A stretch of DNA of 64,000 nucleotides. Origin: Thalia democratica. Taxonomy: Eukaryota. Positions 15,001 through 27,000 of this stretch are shown here, piece by piece. The position numbers and the translations under genes are program-made. The notes beneath the pieces are model-generated. The model saw nothing but the letters and a program-made list of their open reading frames with translations. It was not told where the DNA came from and made no database searches. How positions within the stretch are numbered: the first letter of the stretch is position 1; the number at the start of each line of letters is the position of its first letter. The stretch spans positions 52,886,001 through 52,950,000 of the forward strand of contig OZ241829.1 of assembly GCA_965202585.1 (NCBI GenBank), in the 5' to 3' direction.

Positions 15001-18000
15001 TTTTTTTATAAGCTTTTTTTCAATACGTAAATATATTTGAAAAGCCGAGAAACTTTAAGTTATAAAAAAGGAACTTGGTATTTGTTATTAGATACTATGA
15101 ACTTAAACTTTTAAGTACTTAAAAAGATTGAATCAAATTATAACCCTCAGCTCTTGATACCAACATTTTACTTGTATCTTCTGACATCAATTTTCGTCGG
15201 TCTGATATGTTAGTCGGCTCAGGTTTACTTGTTGGTATGTGGTTACTAGCATCAAAACCTTTTCAGCGGCTTGAGCACGCGTTGCGTGCTCGGTAATTTA
15301 CCTCGAGCGGTCATAGGCTGACAAAGGTATGGATTACTTGCTGCTAGCACTCATACTCATATTTCAGTGATTAGTGCTACTAATCGTGTAAATGAAAGTA
15401 TGTTACAATTAAACCTACTCTATAAGAGGCCTAATATAACTAGCCTATAAATAAGTGGTAGAAATATAACTTTAGCTCAACTCGGTTAAAATCTACTTAG
15501 TAAAAAAATGCGATTTAACACTCAATATTTATTTTACAATGTAACAATCTACGATCTTAGAAAAGAAACTAAGTAACTCGCTAAATGAAAATTAGTGATG
15601 TGGTCAAAAATATCAATCAATGCCAAATAACAAATAATACTTAGTAAGCGACTCAAAAATATGTCTCAAACATAATTAAAAGTAGTGCTCGAAAACATAC
15701 GCCTAAACCTACGCTAGACTTTACGAAACCCTTAACTTTATACAAGTGAATAATAACTTGAATTAAAAAAACTGTTTAACTATCTAAATTCAGTAAACTA
15801 GTTACTTGTTAAAAAAATCTAATTATTTTGTTATAATATCTAGTTATATATGCTGATTAAACTTTGCTATATACAGGGTTGCCACTTTACCTTGAATCCT
15901 GGAAAAACCTGGAATTTGACAATTTAGGCAAAAATAACCTGGAAAAACCTGGAACTTAAAAAATTTTGAAAAAAACCTTGAAAAACCTTGGATTTTGAAC
16001 AAAAAACCTGGAAAAACCTGGAATTTTTAAGAATTTTAACATGTTCAGTAGTAAAATTTCTGTTTGACTCAAAAAATTTATCATATAGATAAAAAAGTTT
16101 TATCATCACCAAAAATTTTTTTATGAAAAAACACGTTTTTAGTAGCTTTACAGTACCTTTTTAATTTTTCTATACTATTTAACACAGTTTCTTACCTTAA
16201 ATTTAACTTTAAACTAAAAATAGATTCAAGAATGTGTACTTTGAAAAACCTGGAAATTTTTTTGAAAAAACGAGTGGCAACCCTGTATATATACTTTTAC
16301 ACCGTTGTCGAAAATTTTTAGTACTATATTTTAAAAAATATTAAAATAATTGTGAAATATTTTATTGATTTACGACGTTTCGCTGCTCATAAAATTTGAA
16401 CAGATTTACAGAATAAAATTAAATTCAAAAATTATTCACTTTGTAAAGCTGTTCATATTTTATGAGCAGCGAAATGTCGTAAATAGATTAACTATTTGTT
16501 TACAAATACAGTTGTTTTAAAATTTATAGCCCACAAGAAATTGAATCTAAAGGGGAAGTTTTATTTTAATCAAGCTACATCATAAAATTGTCTTACTCAT
16601 AATTAGTTCTGGTCTGTTGTCTGGTACTCGTACGTTAAACGTACATTTTAAACTAACATGGTCATTAAATTCTATGTTTACTTGTTATTATTTTTGATTT
16701 TTTGTAAAATTCCCTTTACCATTTATAAATTAGTGGCAAAAAACAGCGGATTTACGTCAAATGAAACAGATAAATGATGAAGTATCGAATAATCCAGCAA
16801 AATTACGTCAAAAAGTTCTTTCTAACATATCTCCCCAACCACCTGATAGAATACAACATCAGGCTTCTTTTATATCACCCATGGATGATGCTATTGTTGG
16901 TTTTATGTTTTAAAAACATTTTATGTTTTTAAACTATTTTTTTGTTAATTTTATAATTAATATAATCTTTAAAACTTTCATTATACATTTTTAATGATCT
17001 TTCATGTTAATATTGTTTATTAAAAACTATGAGATAGGTTTTTTTGCCATTAAAATGTATACATTTATTTTATAATAATAACAAATTTAAACAGTTCTCT
17101 TTCTTTATTAAACTAACACATGTTTCTGTGTGTTAACAAGTTAACACACTTCAACGAAGCTCTGTAAAAAAAATACTTAAAGGGAAGAATATTATAGTAT
17201 TCTTTCCTTACAGTGTTTATTTTTTATTAGCAAACGATTGACTTTAAATTTTGAATATTTATGTTTATTGCATATTAAGTAATTTAGAAATTGATAGCTA
17301 AATCATAAACTGGAATTTCTGATAGAATTTAAATTTGATCATTTTTTGGCTATTTTGAAATAAAATTCTTATAAGTAAATTGATAAAAATTATAATTGTC
17401 TTTTATGTCTATTAAGATTTTTATTCTTTTTATTATATATTTTTAGGTCTAGATCAGCCGATCGGCAAACTGCTGCATGCGGCCCGCGAATATTTTAATT
17501 TTTGAAATTTGGCCCATGTAACCACTGAATTCTTGCTGACTCCTGGTCTAGATATACATTTACGATTTTAAAAATTGACATTTTAAAAATTGAAAGATAC
17601 TTTTTTTTTGCTAAAGTGCATAGTTTTGTTATTGAGTTTGAACTGTCGGAATTTGAAATTTTATATAACAAAGAAGTTGAATGCACAACGTTAATACAAA
17701 ATATTTTAAAATTAAGAACACTTTAATTATTTTAGCATTAATGGCAGGATACGTTACAAGCGACACCTCGAAACTTTGGTAGAAGTAATCCATTTGAAAA
17801 TAAGCAATCGCATTCACAAAAGTCACAAAAAGATGTTTATAAAGAAGAACTTCAAAAACAAGTTTATAGTACTTTTAACGTTTTCATATTTTTACCAATG
17901 TTGTCTTAGATTTTTTACACTATTTATTGGAAACGGGTCAAAGTTGCACGAAAAAAAAAATTGCACAAGGTTACTAAATTGTGCGAGGGGACTAAATTGC

Positions 18001-21000
18001 ACGAAGGCAAAGTTGCACGGGGGCACAAAATTGCACGAAGACAGTTTTGCACCAAGGGTCAATTTTGCACGAGTTACAATTTTGCACGGAGGGTCATTTT
18101 TGTCCGAGAGTATAAAAAAAAAAATTAAATTAAATTAAAAGATAAATTAATAAAAAAACAAAAAAAAAGACCGATAGTAAGGGTTAGAGGTAACAGTGAT
18201 AGTAAAAAAAAACTCTTAAAAAATAATAATAGTCTAAAAAAAAAGTATTAATAAGAATAAAATAAGTAACTGACCGAAGGTAAGGGTTAGGGGTAACAGT
18301 GATAGTAAAAAAAAACAAAATTAAAAAAAATTCAACCCGTCAAAAAAGTCTCCGTGCAAAATTGCCTGCTCGTGCAAAAGTGTCTTCGTGCAAAAGTGTC
18401 TTCGTGTAAAAGTGATCCTTCGTGCAAAAGTATCTTTGTGTAATTTTGTCCCCTCGTGCAATTTTGTACGCTCGTTCAAGTTTTACAGCTACCTCTATTT
18501 ATTTTATACTTTAGAGTTTCTGAAATGTTTTTTTATAAATCTGTTTGAAAAAAAAACTTTTTTTTGATAAATTTAAGCTTCCTTACATTTGAAGCATATG
18601 ACGAAAAACTGACTATTTAGTTAATAATGAGCCCAATCGCGCTGAACTGAAAGTAAACTAAAGTTTTGTATAAAATCGATATTTGTAAATTTTAACAAAT
18701 ACAAAAATTTTCGTACAGGTACTATACGAATTAATTTCTAAGCTAAGTAATAAAATTTGTTTTAAAGTATTAACAAACTTTCACTAACTTAAAATAGTAA
18801 CTTTCTGTTTATTTGTTATGCGTTTTTTAATCAAAAATAGGTTTATTTTAAACTTCAAAAAACCAAGTTAAACTCATACTTTACTTTATATTTTAACTTT
18901 AATTATGTTTTGAAAAAGCTTGTAGATACTTTATGGGTAGCTGTCAAATTTGCACGAGCGTACCAAATTGTACGCGGGGACAAAATTGCACGAAGGGTAA
19001 CTTTTGCACGAGTAAAAAATTTGCACGAAGACATTTTTGCAAGAGTTTATTTTTTTTTAACCTTTACATTAATTTTAAATTATTTTATTTTATATTAGTC
19101 TTTTTTTACATCCACTATTGCCCCTGACCCTTACCCTCGGTCGGTAACTTATTATTCTTTTTTATTAATTAATTTGTTTCTTTTTTTTTTAATTAATCTT
19201 TTTTTTTTCTATCACTGTTACCCCTAACCCTTACCCTCGGTCGGTAGCATTTTTTTCTTTTAAATTAATTTGTTTTTATTTGTTCATTTATATTATTTAT
19301 TAGTTATTTTTTTGTTTTTACTATCACCCCTAACCCTCGGTCAGTAATTTTTTTTTCTTTTTGTTATTTTGTAAATTTTTTTTTAAGTTTTTTTTTTGTT
19401 TCTTTTGTACATATTTTGGTTTTTTCTTTTACTCTTGTGCAAAAATGACCCTCCGTTCAAAATTGTAACTCGTGCAAAATTGAACCTTGGTGCAAAATTG
19501 TCTTCGTGAAATTTTGAGCCCTTGTGCAATTTTGACCCGTTCCCTTCTTAATAGTTATATTATAATATATGCCCGCTATCAGCCCAGTCGACTATGCGTG
19601 TTGTGCTCAAAAACGTACTTATGGATAGAAAAAAAAGTAAAATAAAAAATTACAAATACGGTGATGCAACAAAATATAAAGTAAATAAAAGTAAATAAAA
19701 CAGAATTCGTTTTGATTTTGAGTGCTTCGTCTGCTTTGGTTTCTTAAAGTAAATTCTTTTTTTTTTGTGTAGAATAACGCCGTTCGTCATGTAGCCAGCT
19801 CTTTCAATTCATCAGTGTTGACATTCAAGCCCTTTAGGTCGCGCTTGCAACGTTCTTAAAGCATAAGGTTTGGCGACCGCGGTTTTGTTTGCCAACTCGC
19901 TAACAACAGAGACTATTTGCTCTACCCCATCCAAAAAAACACCAATCCACTTAAACCTGCGCCGACTGAAGATTAAGTACTTAGTTGTGATACCAGTACG
20001 TCTCAATAGTTCGTCGTTGGTGATCTTTTGTTGCTTATCAGTTATAACAATACGACGGAGTCATCGTAGATGAAATGTGTTTACTTCTTCTCCTGTACGC
20101 CCGACAAGGTTTACGCTCTGCTACCGTATAGCAGAGTAATGCGTACACAGACTTTATAAATAGTTTATGTTGATTAGTAAATATGAAATATAAATATTTA
20201 ATTTAAAAAGATTTATATTACACTTAACCTCTATAAAATATTAAAAAAAATATTTTATTTTATGTATTACTCTAACATTGAAAAACCACTACTTAAAAAA
20301 ATAAATTTGGATACTTTATGTTAATTATAAAGTCAAAATTAGTTTAAATTGAGAATTGACAGGCTAAATTTGTAAAAAATCACAACACTGTAATAACAAA
20401 TTAGCGTGGTGAAATAAAAAGTTATATCCAATATGTACTTATCGAGTAAAATTAACTATATTAAGGATATTGTAGCCTAAGTTTAAGTATTGAAGAACCT
20501 ATTGGTTTCTCTAACTTTAACTCGTTACATATCGAGAGCTACTTAGAGTTTTAACAAACGGTAAAAAGAAACTTGTAGCTTGATTAAAAATCTAAAAAGT
20601 TGAAGAAAAACCCATACTACCTTCCATGTTCTTAAACTTCGTTCTGTCATACTGGTTGGATCCGTTTAATTTTTCTATAAGATGACAGTTTATAGTGTTT
20701 AAAAAAAGAAGCGTTGAACTATTTACTACTAAATTTACTAACAATGTATTTAAAACCTAAAGTAAAAGTTACAAAAGTCTTTCAGTCACGAAGACTTAAA
20801 TTATTTTAAAACATTTTCTTTTGCTCATCATTTTCTTTAGTATACTAAGTTCATGGACGTCATGTCATATTATACATAAATAAATTGAGTCTTAAAAGTC
20901 GAGTCTGAAAGCCATCATTTTTGCGAAAAAATTTTTGCATATCATAATATTGTTTTAGTGACATAAATAACTTTTAAGTATTTTTACAATAGATTGACGA

Positions 21001-24000
21001 AAAGAAACGAGTTGAAGCAGAAAAGAGAGAAAAATTACGAATTGAAGAAGAAAAAGAAGAAAGAAGACTTGAAGAGCAAAATAGAAAAATGCAGGAAGAG
21101 TTTGAAGCAGAAAAGCAAAAAAAGCAGGAAAAAATTGATCAAGTTAGTATTATCTTAAGACTTAGTGTATCCTAAGACTAAGATAGGCGCTACGTGCTAT
21201 GTTCTAAAAGATTTAGTTGACTTTAATTGCAATTAAATGAAAAAAAAAAAAGAAAAATATAATAAATTTTGTACTTCAAATTTTGTGAAAAATGTTTATA
21301 TGTATTAAGGCATAAATCGGCTAAATCCTGCTTTTAATGTTTAATTTTAGTGTATATTTAAAATATCAAGTTTCTTAAAAATTAACTTTACAGAATTCAT
21401 TTACACTTATGATTTAATATTTAGAATCTAATTAGTGTAGGCTTCATAACATTCAAAAACTTAAGAAAATTTATATTATATTTTTATAAGATTTAGTGTT
21501 TCGTACTTTATACTTTAAAGGTGGCAATCAAAGTTCTCAACTTAAATAAAAGGAGAATGATCATTAATAAATTTTAAATTTTATTAACAATACAATGTTT
21601 CACTCGTTTGAAAACGATATCTTCAGTTCTTTAAAATCTGTAAAAATTTATATAATAACATGTAGGAAGACATTATGCTAAACTTGAAATAAAAGAAAAA
21701 AAAAGTATATAGCAAAAAACTGAATAAAATCTAAGTAAAATTTATAGCTTAAAGTTACTAGTATATGAAGATTATAATGTTGTTAGGTTAGATTTAGAAA
21801 AATTTTAGTTACTTAATAATTATATAATCTTAAAACTTAAACATACAAATTAAGCAAGGCTACTAAATGTTAGTATAATTATTTATATATTTGTTTAAGT
21901 TTTAAGATTATATAATTATTGAGTAACTTACATTTTTCTAAATCTAACCTAACAACATTATAATCTTCATATACTAGTAACTTTAAGCTATAAGTTTTAC
22001 TTAGATTTTATTCAGTTTTTTGTTATATACTTTTTTTTTTTTTCTTTTATTTCAAGTCTAGCATAATGTTATTCCTACATGATATTATATAATTTTTTAC
22101 AGATTTTAAAGAACTGAAGATATCGTTATCAAACGAGTGAAACATTGTATTGTTAATAAAAATTGAAATTTATTATAGATTTAGTGTTTAACTAATTTTA
22201 TTATACTAAGTTAAAACTTTAAGGCTTAGAACATTATAAAAATAATTATACACAACTGCAAATGCTGTAAGCATTATCTGTTTGTTCCAAGAGACTTAAA
22301 AAAAGAGAAGTGTTTTTTACTCTAGCTTAACACTATATTAAGCCGAATGCGGCTTGAAAGTGGAGTTTTGCTGTTTTATGAATATTCTTGCGTGAAGTTT
22401 TAAACTTACAGCGCAGTTTTTGAATATTGTTGAGCAGAATGTTAAAACTCCCGTTTAGTTAAGCGTCGCAGCTTTTTGTTTAAAGCAAGTGCGCTTTGCA
22501 TCTGCAAGTTCATTCACTTTTCGTTCGGGCTGACTACCATTGTTTGCAAGAATAGTTACGATTAGTTACAATTAAACCAAACGCTCTTTTATTTAGCAGG
22601 CACATTTTAGATTCTTTGTGAATAAAATTTCATTGTTTTTTTAGAAACGTGTATTGTTTGACTTAGTAACATACAAGACCTAGAGAAACGTTTAACAGAA
22701 CGTGTTTCGTTCTAGTTCTGAACGTCACCTAGATTGTATTTTAGCTACTATATGCGTTCAGCTTTCGTTGTTTTTGGCGACTTTTACTCAGCACTGCACT
22801 TATATTGTAGTCCACTGACTTCAGTAAACCGCTAGGAAATGAAAGCAAGTGTAATTCAATACATTTTTAGGCTTTCGTTGATCGCTTACAACCGTTTTTT
22901 TTTTTTGAGCAGTACACTTCTACGGTGGGTCAATCGACCCCTGTAAAAAAGGAAAACTAAAGCAAGTATATATTGATTTGTATCTATTTTCAGCTTTCGT
23001 TGTTTTTTTGACAACTGTTTCTCAAGTAGAAACTTCTATTGTAGTTTAACCAAAGCGGACGTTTAGACGTTTTTACGCTTCAGGTCCTAGCTTGGCTCTG
23101 ACTTCAGTAAGAATTGCTGAGTACTGAAAACAAACGCTAATACATCTAGTAAAAGTTGCTGTGCAAACAAATCAGTGAGCTCTGACTTGCACGTGTGTTA
23201 GTCTTATTTTATCGCTTTATTGTTAAAATTGTAAAATAAGTTTAGGGTGCTTAATCTATATTTTTAGTATTATCGGTAGAGCGTAGATAAGTAAATTTTG
23301 TATAGTTAGTATAATTGTACCGTATATTATTCTATATTAAGATTATGTAGTAACTATAGAAAATTCACTAAATCTGAAATAAAGTGTTTCTTTCTAGTCT
23401 ATATTAAAATCATATATCAGGTTATATATTAGAATAATTATAGACGAAGTTAAATAAGTATTATATAGCTCATATCAAAAGGGGTAGCCTCAGATTTCCA
23501 CTACTTTTTTGAATTGCTTGAAAATCATGCAAATAATTTGCATATTTGCTGAGTCAGCAATTTTAAAAACTTTTATTTCAATAACAAAATTTTATTTTTT
23601 GATTTATATTTTTATGTTTGGGTAAGGTTGGTTAGGGATAAGGGTATAAATATCAAAAAAAAGCTAAAAAAAATATTTAGCTGGTTCAGTCAATATGCAT
23701 GATTTTCAACCTATTCTAACACATTAGTGGAAATTTGAAGCTACCCTGTTAAAAGTCATATTATGCGTTACATTAAATTATTTCATAAAACCACTAGTTA
23801 AATTTAGATAACTACTGTCTAGTTTAGTCACTAATAATATATTTAACTTTTATTAAGATATGAGTACTACCAGTATATAACTTAAGACGCTCTCGGCCTC
23901 TAGCCTTACAAAGCTAGTTTCTAAGCACGCTACGCAATCCCTATTCCCTGAAAAGATGTCAGGTACTAGTAGGCATACTCGTAAAAGTAATCCTTAGCTT

Positions 24001-27000
24001 AATACAGTTCCTGACCAACACAATGTGTTATCAGACAATACTATAATAGCAGAGGGTTATAGTGCAATAAAATTACTTTTTGGTTTTTATAATGAATACA
24101 TGTAGATTTTAAAATAAATTTGTATGGTATTAAGTTGTTATATTTTACTTAATTACATGACTTAATGAAAACTTTTCTAGTTTTTTCATAATTTTTTAAA
24201 TAGAATCGAGTAATTTTTCAAGCGAACCTAAATCTAAGCTGGTATTTGTTTATACATTAAAGTTTATAATAAGATCAGGGTGTCTAAAAGTCTGAAATCC
24301 TGGAAAAGCCTGGAATTTCAAAATTTAGGTTAAAAAAAACCTGGTAAAACCTGGAATTTAAGTAATTTTTACATGTTAAGTAGTCAAATTTCGATTTTAC
24401 GCAAAAATCTGTCATATAGACAAAAAGTTTGTGTCATCATCAAAAATTATTTTTATTAAAAAGCACATTTAAAGTAGCTTTACAGTTGTTTTTATACTAT
24501 TTCACACAGTTTTCTACTTTAAGCTTAATTTTAAACCAAAAATAGACCTTAAAAGGTGTACTTTTAAAAACTTGGAACAAATTCAGTAAACCTGAAAGAA
24601 ATTTCTTAACGACTAGTGGCCACCCTGTAAAAAAATCAATGAATAGATGTGCAATACATCGTGGATCAGTGGCGACGCTTGATGAGTTGCAGGGGAGAGC
24701 GCTTAGCAACATAAACTTCTTCCAATATAATTGTCTCACATACTTATAAATTCTACTTATTTTTGCATTTTTAACATAACTGCATAATTACATCTAAAAT
24801 ACAATAACATTTGTGGTAGTTTGAATTTCTCTGTAACCCCTATAACGTCATAATGCGTAGCCTCTGGTTTATATGTTTTCTAAAAAAAAATAAAGCTTTG
24901 TAACTTTTCTGAGTAATATCATTGCGGTATATAATTGATATTTATTGTAGTAATTTTGAGTTGGTAATTTTTTTTTTCAGAATTCCGTAGAACTGTTTTA
25001 TTAGTTTAATATAAAGAAACGACGTTAGTTTTAAATAAGCAAGGTCATAAAAATTTGTAGTTGTTTTACTTGAACAAACTTTTTGTTCGGATCCTTATTA
25101 GAGTTAAAATTTTTGAACATATTAGTCAAGTCAATCTTTTATTGATTTAACACTAGTGTAGTTTCAAATTCTTGGTTTCAAATCCATGCAAAATAAAAAT
25201 AGTTTTTGCAAAACTAAGTTTATTTTTTCCTGAAAAGGAAAGAAACACTTGTCTTTGATGGAGTTCTTTACAGTTATTAGTCTAAAAAAGAGTCTAATTT
25301 TTGTAATCTAAGTATAAAATAAAAATTTTCTCAGCAACGTCGCAAACACGAAGAACTTCATTTACAAACCGAGGAAAAGAAGAGAGTAGAAAAAAAACAT
25401 AAAAACGAATCTGAAATGATTAGGGAAAAAGAAAATAAAAGTAAAAAGCAAAATGAGATTCATGGAAGCCCTCAACAAGTTTAATATTTAATTTGAACCT
25501 TCAAAAAACTAGTTTTATTATAAAAGTTCAATATTTTTACTTAGTAATTTTTGTTACAATTTTTATTGTAGTATTCTTTGAAAGATTTTAACAGTTGTAA
25601 GTAGAAATGTTTTTTTTTAAATAATTTTAAGTTAAAACGATATATAAAACTATTTAGAAATTCAAAATTTAGAACTACATGTAATTCAAATTAGTTACTT
25701 TTAAAATAATTTCTAAAAAGTTGATTTTATAACTAAAATGGTATTTACAGTTTAATAAGTGCTGTAATTTTTTTGCTCTAATATCTGGTTTTGTTACAGT
25801 AAGAAATGTTTTTCATGCGTTTGTTAGTTGTAATCTTTGTATTTAATTAAAAATGTTTTATTATCCTCATTAGTTTGAGTTTATTTTGAAAAAAAAAAAA
25901 AAATTACTTTAGTGTTTATTCAGTCTATTATCAGACAGCAAGATTAAAAAAAATACAACCAGTAATTGCTGACGGTGAAAAAATTCCAAGAACTCCTGTG
26001 GTTCCGTTCCGAAAAACCTTACCAACTTCAACAAACAAGTCTGATGATGTTAAATTTAGTAACTTTAACAAGTATGTGTTTATATATCGATAATTTTTTA
26101 ATATGATTCTTTACTTAATAGACTGTTTTTATTATTTTTACCTCAAAACATCATTTTAATTTAAAAAGTCTACAAATTTCCGAGCACTAAAAGTTTGAAG
26201 CGCTTTCAAAAGTTTGATTATTATTATCAATAAACTTAAACAAACTAAACTTTCAAATTTTTTTCAAGCAGTTTTATTAAAAATACTAATATATATATAT
26301 ATATATAGTTTATTGCAAATATTTGAATTTGAAAAGGACAGTACATATGTTTCATAAAAACAATAAATTTGTTTAATTCTCAGCTGTAGTTCGAATTGAA
26401 TTGTTCTGTTTTTTAGATTAATCCAAAATTTGCACAAAAAAGCAAAAAACACTAGGAAGTAATTATTAAATTTTGTCGAGGACAAATTTCAGTGCAAAAA
26501 TTATTCTTCCTTTTATCCTAAACAAACAACTAAAATTTACAAAGCTACAAATAAGTGACCATAACATTAAACGTTTAAAAGTTTGGCTCTAATTTTTTTT
26601 CGTCGTGCCTTATTGACCGAAACCTTTAAAAAACTTTAACTAATTATATGAATAAGCAAATTATAAGCACAAAAATGTATAAAACTCGATATAATATCAA
26701 AATATACCTGAGTTCAAAATCCACCCGATCAAAATCTACCCACGTTCAAAATCCACCCGATTTTTTTTATATTTTCTTAATTAATTAATTTTATATATTT
26801 TTTGAATTTTTTTATTTAATTTTTATTTAATTTTCACTATCACTGTTACCCCTAACCCTTACCTTCGAATTTGACCGGGTGGATATTGAACGCGGGTGGA
26901 TTTTGAACGTGTCCCATAAAACTCAATGTTACCTTATAGTAGTATAAACGCATATTTTACAACATTCTATATACAGTTTCCAAATAAATTGCTTACAGTA

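Noticed and set aside
17776-19127. Track ORFs 17776, 18910 and 18933 (likewise 58027, 58089, 15924, 24497, 29876)
   Set aside because: They are chance open frames through repetitive MITE sequence or overlap a real exon in the wrong frame; no protein motifs.
18180-19345. TAACCC motifs as interstitial telomere arrays
   Set aside because: They are only single units inside a mobile-element core, not tandem arrays.
22266-24061. Classifying the LTR-like family as Ginger, Penelope or Helitron
   Set aside because: It lacks the long TIRs of Ginger. The fixed 5' ends with 4-bp TSDs do not fit Penelope. There is no TC...CTRR end or terminal hairpin for Helitron. Left unclassified.
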